Assembly (NCBI GenBank): GCA_965197725.1
Contig: CBDANQ010000058.1
Location: forward strand, 1 to 64,000
From: Longimicrobiales bacterium
GTDB taxonomy: Bacteria > Gemmatimonadota > Gemmatimonadetes > Longimicrobiales > Gaopeijiaceae
DNA: 64,000 bases
Reading direction: 5' to 3'
Position numbers and translations under genes: made by a program
Notes under the pieces: model-generated
What the model saw: only the letters and a program-made list of their open reading frames with translations
Database searches by the model: none
Told to the model about the DNA's origin: nothing
Shown: in pieces, positions 50,282 to 60,137 of the stretch
Numbering within the stretch: position 1 is the first letter of the stretch
Layout: every line of letters starts with the position of its first letter

Positions 50282-51946
50282 ATGCCGACCCCAACCAGAT
50301 CTCTGTTCCTCCTTCTCGCGACCACCGCCTTCGTGGCATGCGGCGCCCAGCCGATCGAAGACCCTGAGGAGGCAGAGGAGCACCAGCGGATGCACGCCCT
50401 TCTCGACCAGTACGCGACCGTCCGCCTCGCGGCCGACGTCTCGCACCTCTCCGCCGACGACCAGGAGGTCGTCCGTCTCCTTATCCAGGCCGTGCAGCCC
50501 ATGGACGACGTCTTCTGGTATCAGGCCTACGGCGATCGGAGAGCTGCGGAGGAGCTGTCGCACGGTGACCCGGCGACGCTGGAGTATCTGCGGGTCAACT
50601 TCGGGCCGTGGGATCGACTGCACGGAGATGAGTCGTTCATCGAGGACGTCGGCGCCAAGCCCGCCGGAGCCAACTTCTATCCACGAGCCATGACCTCGGA
50701 GGAGTTCGACGCCGTGGTCGTGGACAACCCGGAGTTACGGAGCCTCTACACGCTCGTCCGTCGTGACGAATCGCTTGGACTCGTCGCTGTGCCGTATCAC
50801 GAGCAGTTCGCCCAAGCGCATGCGGATGCAGCCGCGAAGCTCAGGGAGGCGGCTGAGCTCGCGAGTGATCCGGGGCTCGCCCACTATCTGCGCCTGCGCG
50901 CCGACGCTCTTGAGACGGACGACTATCGGGCGAGCGACATGGCGTGGATGGACATGAAGGACAACCCGATCGACGTGATCATCGGACCCATCGAGACGTA
51001 CGAAGATCAGCTCTATGGATACAAGGCCGCACACGAGGGCTATGTGCTGATCAAGGACATGAAGTGGAGTGGGAGGCTGTCCCGGTTTGCGGCGCTGCTG
51101 CCGAGTCTCCAGCAGGGCCTACCGGTCGACGCACGCTACAAGGCTGAGGCCCCCGGCACCGACTCCGACCTGAATGCGTACGACGTCGTCTACTACGCGG
51201 GGGACGCGAACGCGGGCTCGAAGACGATCGCGATCAATTTGCCGAACGACGAGCGGGTGCAGCTCAGGAAGGGTACGCGACGCCTTCAGCTCAAGAACGC
51301 GATGCAGGCCAAGTTCGATCAGATCATGGTCCCGCTCGCCGAACAGCTGATCCCTGAAGACCAACGTGTCCACGTGACCTTCGATGCGTTCTTCGGCAAC
51401 ACGATGTTCCACGAGGTCGCGCACGGGCTCGGTATCAAGAACACCCTGGGGGGCCATGGCACCGTGCGGACCACGCTGCGGCAGCACGCGTCACCCATGG
51501 AGGAAGGAAAAGCGGACGTCGTCGGGCTCTATATGGTCACGCAGCTCTTCGAGCGTGGCGAGCTGACGGAGGGCTCGATCGAGGACCACTACGTGACGTT
51601 CCTCGCCGGGATCTTCCGCTCCGTGCGTTTCGGCGCGTCGAGCGCGCACGGACAGGCCAACATGGTCCGTTTCAACTACTTCCAGGAGGAAGGCGCGTTT
51701 ACGCGCGACGAGGTATCCGGAACCTATCGCGTCGACTTCGACGCGATGCGCGCCGCAGTCGACGGCCTGAGCGAGCTGATACTGACGCTGCAGGGGGACG
51801 GTGACTACGAGGGCGTGGATCAGCTGATGGCTGAAAAGGGAGTCGTACCGCCAGAGCTACAGCGTGACCTGGACCGGCTCGACGCGCTGGGGATCCCGCG
51901 TGACATCGTGTTCGAACAGGGAATCGGGGTAGTGTTCGGCCGCTAG
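50282..51946 (+). CDS. Zn-dependent dipeptidyl-peptidase III-like (M49-related) lipoprotein
   Basis: FVAC lipobox, IGPIETYED, AINLPND, HEVAHGLG and EEGKAD motifs. Confidence 0.85.
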   Translation: MPTPTRSLFLLLATTAFVACGAQPIEDPEEAEEHQRMHALLDQYATVRLAADVSHLSADDQEVVRLLIQAVQPMDDVFWYQAYGDRRAAEELSHGDPATLEYLRVNFGPWDRLHGDESFIEDVGAKPAGANFYPRAMTSEEFDAVVVDNPELRSLYTLVRRDESLGLVAVPYHEQFAQAHADAAAKLREAAELASDPGLAHYLRLRADALETDDYRASDMAWMDMKDNPIDVIIGPIETYEDQLYGYKAAHEGYVLIKDMKWSGRLSRFAALLPSLQQGLPVDARYKAEAPGTDSDLNAYDVVYYAGDANAGSKTIAINLPNDERVQLRKGTRRLQLKNAMQAKFDQIMVPLAEQLIPEDQRVHVTFDAFFGNTMFHEVAHGLGIKNTLGGHGTVRTTLRQHASPMEEGKADVVGLYMVTQLFERGELTEGSIEDHYVTFLAGIFRSVRFGASSAHGQANMVRFNYFQEEGAFTRDEVSGTYRVDFDAMRAAVDGLSELILTLQGDGDYEGVDQLMAEKGVVPPELQRDLDRLDALGIPRDIVFEQGIGVVFGR

Positions 51947-52335
51947 CCATGCGGTAGTAGGCTTCCGCTGAGCCTGCCGAGGCCTTCCTTCATCCAAGGA
52001 GTGGGACTGGGCCATGTGGGTTCAGGGCCAGTCCCGAATCGAAGTGCCGAGGTTGTCCGCGGAAGAAGGCAGCATAGAGGCAACCCCGAAGAACGATTCG
52101 ATCACATACCCGTTCCTGAGCCCGGAACTTGCCGAATGGGGATGAGGCCCGCGAGCCGCATGCGCGCCAACAGCTCGGCGTCGATGTCGTCACCCTTGTA
52201 GTTCGACGGGGCATGCACTTCATGGAGATCTCATCTCATGGTGGTCGAGTGTGCGCCGGATAGAGTCGGGCGACCTTTGTCGGTGCCCAAACGCTTCCGT
52301 TGCGCAGAGCCTGGGGGCGGGCCTAGCGTGATCAC

Positions 52336-53103
52336 ATGAAAGCGATGGGCTGGCTGGCTGCAGGTGCGACGGCTCTGGCGGGGGCTGCAGGGAGCGTGGG
52401 GACCATCCCGCTCCACATCGAGCTCGCGCCGGCCCTCCAAGGCCTTCCAGCGAACCCCGGCTATGGCGCCGGCTTCATCTTCACGCGCATTCGGTACGGC
52501 GGAAGCGGATTCGGTTTCCGTCGCGGCGGCGCTAGCTGGTCGCACGACTATCCCCGAGCCGACTCCAACCTCTCGATGCTGCTCACCGAACTCACGACCA
52601 TCGACGCGGAAACTGGCGGCACGAACGTGCTAGAGATCGGCGACCCTGAACTCTTCAAGTATCCGGTTGCGTATATCTCCGAACCGGGCTTCTGGGATAT
52701 GACGGATCGACAGGCCGTCGTTCTGCGCCAATACGTGTTGAAGGGAGGGTTCCTCATCTTCGACGACTTCGAGCGACGGCAGCTCGACAACACGCTGTAC
52801 CAGCTCGCTCGCTCGCTGCCCGAGTACGAACTGGTTCACATCGACATCGATCACCCGATCTTCCACTCGTTCTTCTCGATGGAAGACATCTACTTCCCAC
52901 ATCCGCTGGTGGACGTGATCCCCGTCTACTACGCGCTCTTCGAAGACAACGACCCTCGGAAGCGCATGCTGGCGATCATCAACCACAACAATGACATCGC
53001 GGAGTACTGGGAGTGGTCAGCCGAGAGTTGGTTCCCCGTCGACATCACCAACGACGCATACAAGCTCGGGATCAACTACATCACCTACGCCATGACACAC
53101 TGA
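52336..53103 (+). CDS. DUF4159 domain protein
   Basis: WSHDYPRAD, LRQYVLKGGFLIFDDF, DHPIFHSFF and LGINYITYAMTH motifs. Confidence 0.85.
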   Translation: MKAMGWLAAGATALAGAAGSVGTIPLHIELAPALQGLPANPGYGAGFIFTRIRYGGSGFGFRRGGASWSHDYPRADSNLSMLLTELTTIDAETGGTNVLEIGDPELFKYPVAYISEPGFWDMTDRQAVVLRQYVLKGGFLIFDDFERRQLDNTLYQLARSLPEYELVHIDIDHPIFHSFFSMEDIYFPHPLVDVIPVYYALFEDNDPRKRMLAIINHNNDIAEYWEWSAESWFPVDITNDAYKLGINYITYAMTH

Positions 53104-53109
53104 GCGTCG

Positions 53110-53670
53110 CTACGGCACCCAGGTCGTGAGCTCGGCGGCCGGCCAACGCGCTTTGGCTTCCGGCACGCTCGCAGGCTCCCCCACGTTGACGGTGGCGACG
53201 ATGCGCTCACCCTTTGGGAGGCCCGCCGCAGCATGCGACTGCGGGTCGTCCATGATCGCGCCAGACTTGATGTGGGTGCCGAGCCCCATTGCATGGGCGA
53301 CCAGCGAGAGGTTCTGGATCGCCATGAACGTTGCCGCGTAGTCCTCTTCGCGGATCTCCGGGTCCTCGTCGAGCACGACACTTACGACGAGCATGGCCGG
53401 AAGCTCCCGATGCGTGCGTTCGACCTTCGCGATGACCGCCTGCGCTGCGTCCGGCTCGTCGACCCGCTTCGCCTTGCGGGCACCGAGCGCGGCACCATAC
53501 GCGGCGCGTGCCTCGGGGCCGAGTACATAGAACCGCCAAGGCTCGGTCATACGGTGGTTCGGCGCTTGGCAGGCTGCGTCGAGCAATCGGTCGATCTCTT
53601 CGCGAGAGATCTCTCGGTCGCTGAACTCTTTGATCGAACGTCGGGTCGCGATGGCTTCGACAACTTTCAT
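53110..53670 (-). CDS. Nitroreductase family protein (YdjA-like)
   Basis: AIATRRS, APNHRMTEPWRF and QNLSLVAHAMGLG motifs. Confidence 0.9.
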   Translation of the reverse strand: MKVVEAIATRRSIKEFSDREISREEIDRLLDAACQAPNHRMTEPWRFYVLGPEARAAYGAALGARKAKRVDEPDAAQAVIAKVERTHRELPAMLVVSVVLDEDPEIREEDYAATFMAIQNLSLVAHAMGLGTHIKSGAIMDDPQSHAAAGLPKGERIVATVNVGEPASVPEAKARWPAAELTTWVP

Positions 53671-53837
53671 TGGGCGCGGCGGTCTGGGAGGATCGGACGT
53701 GCGAACCGGCGGAATCTGTAAGAATCCAGAACCCGGCGCATGTGGGCACGCGGCACGTGAGGGATCAGCCCCCAGCCCTAGCCAAGCCCGCCTGATGCTC
53801 TGTACCGTGCCACGACCGTTACAGGCCGGAGCCATCG

Positions 53838-55019
53838 ATGGATGACGCGCGTTTCCCCACCACGTGGGCGCCGTACATGACGTGGGCGAAGCACCACCCG
53901 AAGACTTGCTACGACCTCACCGGTTCGAATCTCCTACCTTGCACCATCGACGAGCTACCGGGTGCGAGAGAGGCGGTGCGCCTGTACGACCGCAACGATG
54001 ACGGGTGGCCTCCGCTCGTAGACGCGATCGCCCATCGGTACGACGTCGACGCGACCCGAGTCGCGACCGCGCCGGGTGCATCCGGAGCGAACTTCATGGC
54101 GCTCGCGGCGCTGGTGCGACCCGGCGACACCGTGCTCGTCGAGTGGCCGGGGTACGACCCCCAAGGCGGCGCCGCTCGCTTCCTCGGAGCGCGGGTCAAC
54201 ACGTTCGAGCGAGCATGGCACGACCGCTTCGCGCTGATCCCCGAGAGGGTGGAAGCCGCGCTCACACCCGAGACCCGGGCCGTGGTCGTCACCAACCTGC
54301 ACAACCCGTCGGGGGTCTATGCAGCGCCTCATGCTCTCGAGGCGGTGGGCGACCTCGCACGCGCCGTGGGCGCCAAGGTGATCGTCGATGAGGTTTACTT
54401 GGATGCCTTGAGCGGAGTGGACCAGAGCCCGGCCGCTACACGAGACGACGTGTTCGTCTCCACGAATAGTCTGACCAAGTCGTACGGCCTCTCCGGGCTT
54501 CGCGTAGGCTGGATGATCGCGGACCCTGGAACCGTGGAGCGGGCACTGCGCGTGCGCGACGTCGTGGACGCGGTCGGCTCGATCCCGTCAGAGATGCTCG
54601 GCGTGCTCGCGTTTCAGCAGCTGGATGCTCTGCTCGAGCGCGCCCGTGGGGTGCTCGAGCCCGGCCAAGCCATCGTGCGCGACTTCATCGCGTCGAGGGC
54701 AGAGCTGGAATGGGTTCAACCGATCGGAGGCGCGATCGCCTTCCCCCGCCTCGTCGGGGTCGATGACGCCGAGCCGTTCGTCGAGATGGCGGCGACCAAG
54801 TTCGACGTCGGAGTCACTCCTGGACTCTTCTTCGGCGCCCCCGAGCACTTCCGGATCGCGGTAGCAGGCGAGCGGAGCGCGCTCGAGGGCGGGCTGGAAG
54901 CTCTGGGAAGAGCGCTAGCAGTCCGTGGAAGAAATAGGTTCCCAGCGGATGATGGGTGGGAGAGAAGGCAGACACGCGGGGGCTGTGTTGTTGTGCAAGA
55001 AGCGGGTTTTGGGGTCTGA
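53838..55019 (+). CDS. PLP-dependent aminotransferase class I/II; native last codons displaced by IS insertion
   Basis: NLHNPSG, DEVY and SLTKSYGLSGLRVGW motifs; residues encoded after 54918 come from IS sequence. Confidence 0.9.
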   Translation: MDDARFPTTWAPYMTWAKHHPKTCYDLTGSNLLPCTIDELPGAREAVRLYDRNDDGWPPLVDAIAHRYDVDATRVATAPGASGANFMALAALVRPGDTVLVEWPGYDPQGGAARFLGARVNTFERAWHDRFALIPERVEAALTPETRAVVVTNLHNPSGVYAAPHALEAVGDLARAVGAKVIVDEVYLDALSGVDQSPAATRDDVFVSTNSLTKSYGLSGLRVGWMIADPGTVERALRVRDVVDAVGSIPSEMLGVLAFQQLDALLERARGVLEPGQAIVRDFIASRAELEWVQPIGGAIAFPRLVGVDDAEPFVEMAATKFDVGVTPGLFFGAPEHFRIAVAGERSALEGGLEALGRALAVRGRNRFPADDGWERRQTRGGCVVVQEAGFGV

Positions 55020-56336
55020 CGAGGCGATATTCGGCCCAAGGAAGGCGAAATAGCGCCGAATACGGCGGAAAAAGCGCGAGACGCGGGTTGTAACCTGAGT
55101 TGCGAGCGCAGCTGGTACGGTAGCGAGGCCCTGTAACGCACGGGGGGTTCCAACCCCGAACCGCTTGCGCATGAGAAGGCCGAGGTTGAAGGCCGCCGCG
55201 TGGATCAACATCCGTTTTCGAATCTCCTCCTGGCCCCGTATGTGGACGCGACGCAGCCCTCCGGTCACAAGCAAGTGCGCAAACCCCCGCTCCACCTTCT
55301 CGCCGCGCTGGCGCAGCAGCCGCATCCCCCGGTTGCCGCGGATCCGGCGGCGGTTGTCGTAGGTCGGCGTCTGCGCGTCCCGGTTGTTCTTCCATTTCCG
55401 GCGCCCGCGGTTGGGCTCGCTCACATAGCTGCGCAGCTCCCGCTCCTTCACGCCCGTCATGGTCTTGTTCGAGTGGTAGCCTTTGTCGGCCACCACTTCC
55501 TCGGGCTCTACCTGCACTACTTCCAGCTGCCGCTCTGCCTCGTCCAGCGTGTTGGGCAGCGACGCCACATCTCCCCCGTCCATCGTCTGCACCGTCACCG
55601 CCACAAGCGCACCGGTCTCCATGTCGACCGCCTGCTCCAACTTGTGCGCCAGGCGCGTCCTGCCGTCCTTCATCTTCGTGATCCGCGCCTCCGGGTCGTG
55701 CGGATGCACCCAGTCCTTGTTCGAGCCCTTCTTCGGACGCTTCCGGTCCAGCGTCGTCAGATCCTTGCGCGTCGGCGTCTCGATCCCCGACGCCCGGGCC
55801 ACCTGCTCCAGCCATTCATCGTAGCCCAACCCGTCGTCGCGCCGCACGATCGTGCGCATCGCCGCATTCGCCTCCAGCGTCGTCGAGTCGACGCCCAGCG
55901 TCTTGCCGCTCAGCAACCCCGACCCCTTCAGCAGCTCCAGCACCCGCCCGAACACCGCCGCGTGCGCTTCCACGCTCAGGCGCTTGCGCGTCTTCGACAG
56001 GGTCGAATGCTCCGGCGGGTTCTTCGCCCACCCGTATCCCAGAAACTCACGCAACGACAACGAGTCCCCACACCGCCAGGCAATGCCCCGCTCCGAGCCG
56101 ATCCCTTCGAGGTAGCCCACCATCATCATTCGGAAATACACCCCGGGAGCAATCCCCGGCCGACCCCGATTGTCCGCGTAGAACTCACGGCATGCCTCTT
56201 CCGCGAACTCGTCAAACCCGCTTTTCGCCAGAAGCTCGTTCAAGGCCCGGTAGAACGGGTTGTCCAAGGCCCGAATCTCGCTCGCCACCACGAACATCTC
56301 GCCCTGCCGAGCCTCGGGCCGCTTGCCTACCGCCAT
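54915..56336 (-). CDS. DDE transposase
   Basis: GRPGIAP...SERGIAW N-terminal (DUF772-like) domain, VDSTTLEANA, VADKGYHS and VERGFAH motifs. Confidence 0.92.
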   Translation of the reverse strand: MAVGKRPEARQGEMFVVASEIRALDNPFYRALNELLAKSGFDEFAEEACREFYADNRGRPGIAPGVYFRMMMVGYLEGIGSERGIAWRCGDSLSLREFLGYGWAKNPPEHSTLSKTRKRLSVEAHAAVFGRVLELLKGSGLLSGKTLGVDSTTLEANAAMRTIVRRDDGLGYDEWLEQVARASGIETPTRKDLTTLDRKRPKKGSNKDWVHPHDPEARITKMKDGRTRLAHKLEQAVDMETGALVAVTVQTMDGGDVASLPNTLDEAERQLEVVQVEPEEVVADKGYHSNKTMTGVKERELRSYVSEPNRGRRKWKNNRDAQTPTYDNRRRIRGNRGMRLLRQRGEKVERGFAHLLVTGGLRRVHIRGQEEIRKRMLIHAAAFNLGLLMRKRFGVGTPRALQGLATVPAALATQVTTRVSRFFRRIRRYFAFLGPNIASSDPKTRFLHNNTAPACLPSLPPIIRWEPISSTDC

Positions 56337-56413
56337 CGCCGTCCTCGCTGCAAAAACCCTCGTGTCCTCCTGATTTAACACAACAGCGATGACCGGACTT
56401 TATCCACGGTCTG
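54919..56413 (-). mobile_element. Complete insertion sequence (IS1182/IS5-like), 1495 bp, with CTAG target duplication
   Basis: Imperfect terminal IRs CAGTCCGTGGAAGAA (54919-54933) and CAGACCGTGGATAAA (reverse complement of 56399-56413); CTAG at 54915-54918 and 56414-56417. Confidence 0.9.
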
Positions 56414-56466
56414 CTAGACCGGGGTCTACCCTAACAGCATGCAGGTAGAAGTAAGCGGGCTAGGCG

Positions 56467-59044
56467 TCACCAGGTCTCCACGCGTCCCTGTGCAGTGAAG
56501 AAAAGCACGCGCTCCTTCACCGGGTCACCCGTGAGCCGGGTCCACGCCTCCGCGTACAAGTCGACCTGCCGCCGATAGGCGTCCAGCCGTGTTCCGAAGT
56601 CTGGATCGGTCCCCAGGTCGGTCTTGTAGTCGGCGATCACCCAACCGTCTGCCTCCAAGAACGCCAGGTCGATCACGCCTTCGAGGACCTGGTGGGCTCT
56701 GGAAGGCTCTTCGGGCGCAGGCTCGCTCTCGGCTTCATGGATCGCGTCCAGAGAGAAGAGGTCGAGCTGCTTGCGCGGCTTCTCCTCGGGACCCTGCGCT
56801 TGGCGCTGCGGGCCCGCGGCCGGCGCGGCGGTGGCGCCCCGGCCGGCCGGCTGCGACACGGCAAAGGGCACTTCGGCAAGCAGGCGCTCGGCCCGGTGCG
56901 CTCTCTGCCACAGATCCGACGCGCGCACGGATTCCACGACGCCGAGGAGTTCGTGCAACTCGGTGGGATCGCCGTGGTCATCCAGCGGCCTTTCGTACTC
57001 GACGAGCAAGTCACGGCACGCGGCGCGCAGTGCTTCCGGCGTGGTCCCTTCCCCGGCTGCGGCGAGCGCCCCGTGAACCGCGCTTCCCCACGAGAAGCCG
57101 CGGAAGGCCTGCCTGTCGGCCTGATGGCATCGAAGGCACCTTCGTCGAGACGGTGCTGAACCAGTCGCTCGTAGTCGATGCCGAAGAAGAGCCCGACCAA
57201 GACCGCGACGACTTTCACCGGATTGCTCGGGTCGATCATGCACGCCAGGACCGCTTGCAGCTCACGTAGCTCGCTCTCGACGCCGACACCCGCCCCGGTC
57301 ACCTGGACCGGCAGGCTGAAGGCCTCCAAAGCTCGTGCGTAGCGGTCGAGGTGGGACCGCGTCCTCGTGAGGATCATAAAGTCTCCGCTCGAGCGTTCTC
57401 CGGAGGCGACCCGAGTCGCGATCCAGCTCGCGATACGTGCGGCATCGTGGTTTGCCGCCGCGGCACCTCGCGCAGCGACGGGGGTCACGGCGTACCAGAA
57501 GACACCCTCGCGCGAGGTTGGCTCTCCTGGCCGCGTGTTCAGCGGCTCGAAGCCCGCCTGCTCCGGGGTAGCCGACGTGGGGAAGAATCCCTCGCCATCG
57601 AACAGCTCATTGACCAGATCCCCGATCGGTGGACGCGAGCGGAAGTTGGTCGTGAGCTCGAGCACGGCTCCGAAGTCGCTGAATCGGTCCTTTACGAATC
57701 CGTAGAGCTGGATGTCCGGTCCGCGCGCCGGAACCGATAGATGCTCTGCTTCGGGTCCCCGACCACGAAGAGCGCTCCGTCCCTGGGAACCGCGGAGCGC
57801 CAGTCCGCGCGCTCAGCCGGACCGTCTCCCCCGTGCGATGCTCCGTCGTCATCGACGTCGGGATCCGAAGAAAGCAGCAGCATGATCTCCACCTGCAGCG
57901 GATCGGTGTCCTGAAACTCGTCCACCAGAAGGCGTCGGTACCGCCGCCCCAGCTGCCGGCGAACGTGTGGGTTCGACCTGAGCAACTCTGCGGCCAGCAG
58001 CAGCAGATCCTGGAAATCGAGCCGTGCCGTCCGTTTCCGGTGCTCGGCGAACTCGAGCGCGGCGTGTCCTGCCAGGCGAACCGCGAGCGCGTCACGATGC
58101 GCGTACCATCGGTTAACCAGACCGCGCGGGGCCGTGTCGCCGACGCCGAACTCGTCGACCCGATCGCGCAGCGCCTTCGCCATCGATCCGTCCCTCCACC
58201 GGTTCTGCGTGATCGAATGGCCCCGTGGGCCCGGCTTGCAGAGACGTGACAGCGCGTCGAAGAAGTCGGCCGGCTCTTTCCACCCTGTGACGTCGCGGGT
58301 GAAGTGGAGCGTCCTCAGTTTCTTCTGGAGCGAATCCCAGCCGCGGTTCGGTTCATGATCCGGTATGAGTTCCCACCCGCGATCAACGAGGTCGTCCAGG
58401 ACCGCTCGGACCTCGCTGAGCTCCGCGGCTGAAGGAGGTTGGGTCTTGTCCGTCGGAAAGTGCACGTCCGGATTCTCGACCAGATGGCCGAACAGACCCC
58501 GCAACCGCGAGGCGCGCAGCCCCGCGTCCGAGAGCTCTTCCAGAATCGGGTCCGCGTCGCGGGTGAGTCGCTCGAGATACGCCTCCCAAAAGTGTTGTCG
58601 TAGCCGCAAGCGTTCCTCGACCGCGAGTTCTTCGAATGCCGGATCGAGGCCGACCTCCAAGGGCCGTTCACGCAACAGTCGGGAGCAAAACACGTGGATC
58701 GTGCCAACAAAAACCCGCTCGATGTCGTCCAGCGCCGTAGCGAGCCGCTCTCGCACGAGGTCGTCGCCCTCCGGCTCGCTCGGTTCAGCTACGCGTTTCT
58801 CGAGATACATCTGGAAGCGCTCGCGTAGCGCGGCAGCGGCCTTGCGCGTGAAAGTCACGGCGGCGATCTCGTCGACGGTTGCCACGCCCGAAGCCACCAA
58901 GGCCACCATGCGCGCGACGAGCTCCGTGGTCTTACCCGACCCGGCACCGGCTTCCACGAGCAAGTTCGTGTCGAGGTCGTCGCCAATGCGCGCGCGGGCC
59001 TGCGCGTCCGGAAACGGGAGGCTGATCACCGCAGGGCCATTCAT
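56467..59044 (-). pseudogene. addA: AddA/UvrD-type helicase-nuclease, disrupted
   Basis: AGAGSGKT, TFTRKAA, VDEFQDTD, VGDPKQSIYRFR, NFRS and C-terminal GVIDL...DYKTD...QVDLY. 5-bp duplication at 57714-57723; deletion at ~57110; no KGLE or LYVA-x-TRA motifs. Confidence 0.8.
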
Positions 59045-59063
59045 CGCGCCAATCTGGGTATGT

Positions 59064-59140
59064 TGAGGTCGTACCGCGGGACATCGTGGCGCCACCAGTA
59101 GTGAGGTCGTACCGCGGGGACATCGTGGCGCCACCAGTAG
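59064..59140. repeat. 38/39-bp tandem duplication inside an aldo/keto reductase-like fragment
   Basis: TGAGGTCGTACCGCGGG(G)ACATCGTGGCGCCACCAGTAG twice; minus strand reads DRSLSRLGVDRLDLVQYYWW. Confidence 0.85.
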
Positions 59141-59259
59141 TACTGAACGAGGTCCAGCCGGTCGACACCGAGGCGTGAGAGCGATCGGTCTGGTCGTAAC
59201 AATCTAGCTGCGGCGCCAACATCGGTCTTGCGTGGGACTCGCGCCACCACGACGAGGAC

Positions 59260-59599
59260 GGTAGCATGGGCGCGCCCGAATCTACGAAGCTTCCTAGGAG
59301 ATCCGGCTGGACAATCTGACGCACCGCCTGGTAGGCGCCGCGGACGTCATGGTGGCCCCCTTGCCCGCCAACCCCTTCAGCGCGGAGATCGAAGTCATGA
59401 CCGATTCGGGTTTCGTGCCCGGTGCGCGCTGGCACGGCTCGAGCCGGACGTCGCTCGTTATCTTGAATGGTCTCGATACCCCTACGTGCGGATCGAACCG
59501 GGAGGCACCAACTGGTGGGTCCAATTCAGCGACGCGCGCTATGACGGGCGGCCAGGAACGGGCGGGCTGAGCGGGCTGAGAGTGCAGATCCGCGACTGA
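59260..59599 (+). pseudogene. 3' remnant of a gene, possibly a membrane-bound metal-dependent hydrolase
   Basis: MVAPLPANPF and YLEWSRYPY...FSDARY lie in different frames; no N-terminus. Confidence 0.4.
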
Positions 59600-59606
59600 G
59601 CATGTC

Positions 59607-60065
59607 ATGGAAAAGAAGCTGTTCACCATCGACGAGCGGGTTCCATGGTCCGCGGTCGACAAGGCCGGCATCATCTTCTACGGTGCCTACGTGGGTTTCT
59701 TCGAACTCGCGGAGATAGAGCTCTTTCGGGCGGCCGGCGTGCCGTACGGCGAGGTCTTCGATCGCTTCCGAATCTGGTTGCCGCGCGCGCACCTAGAGTC
59801 CGACTTCCACTACCCCTCCCGGCTCGACGACAATCTCCGGGTGGCTGCATATTTCACCCGTTTCGGCACGAGCTCGTTGCAGATCAATTTCGACGTGATG
59901 AACCTCGAGGCCGGCACACTCGCCGTGACGGGGCATGAAGTGCTGGTGTGCACCACGCAGGATACGCTGCGACCTTGGCCTCTGCCGGAGGAGCTCAGGG
60001 AAGCGCTCTCGCCGTACCTGATGTCGGTGGAGCAAGCGCGGGCGAAGCTCCATTCCCTGGAGTGA
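59607..60065 (+). CDS. Acyl-CoA thioesterase (YbgC/4HBT family)
   Basis: VPWSAVDKAGIIFYGAYVGFFELAE hot-dog motif. Confidence 0.88.
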   Translation: MEKKLFTIDERVPWSAVDKAGIIFYGAYVGFFELAEIELFRAAGVPYGEVFDRFRIWLPRAHLESDFHYPSRLDDNLRVAAYFTRFGTSSLQINFDVMNLEAGTLAVTGHEVLVCTTQDTLRPWPLPEELREALSPYLMSVEQARAKLHSLE

Positions 60066-60137
60066 GCTTGGAGCCGATCGCACCGGTTCCGCTGGAAGCC
60101 ATCGAAGCCGCGCGAGAGCGAATCGCCGGTGCGCTCG
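60062..60137 (+). pseudogene. 5' stub resembling a threonine/serine dehydratase N-terminus
   Basis: GTG overlapping the upstream TGA; MSLEPIAPVPLEAIEAARERIAGA, then collides with the addB stop. Confidence 0.45.

Noticed and set aside
59064..59140. Two 38/39-bp repeats as a CRISPR array
   Set aside because: The copies abut with no spacer, lie in coding-like sequence, and no cas genes are present.
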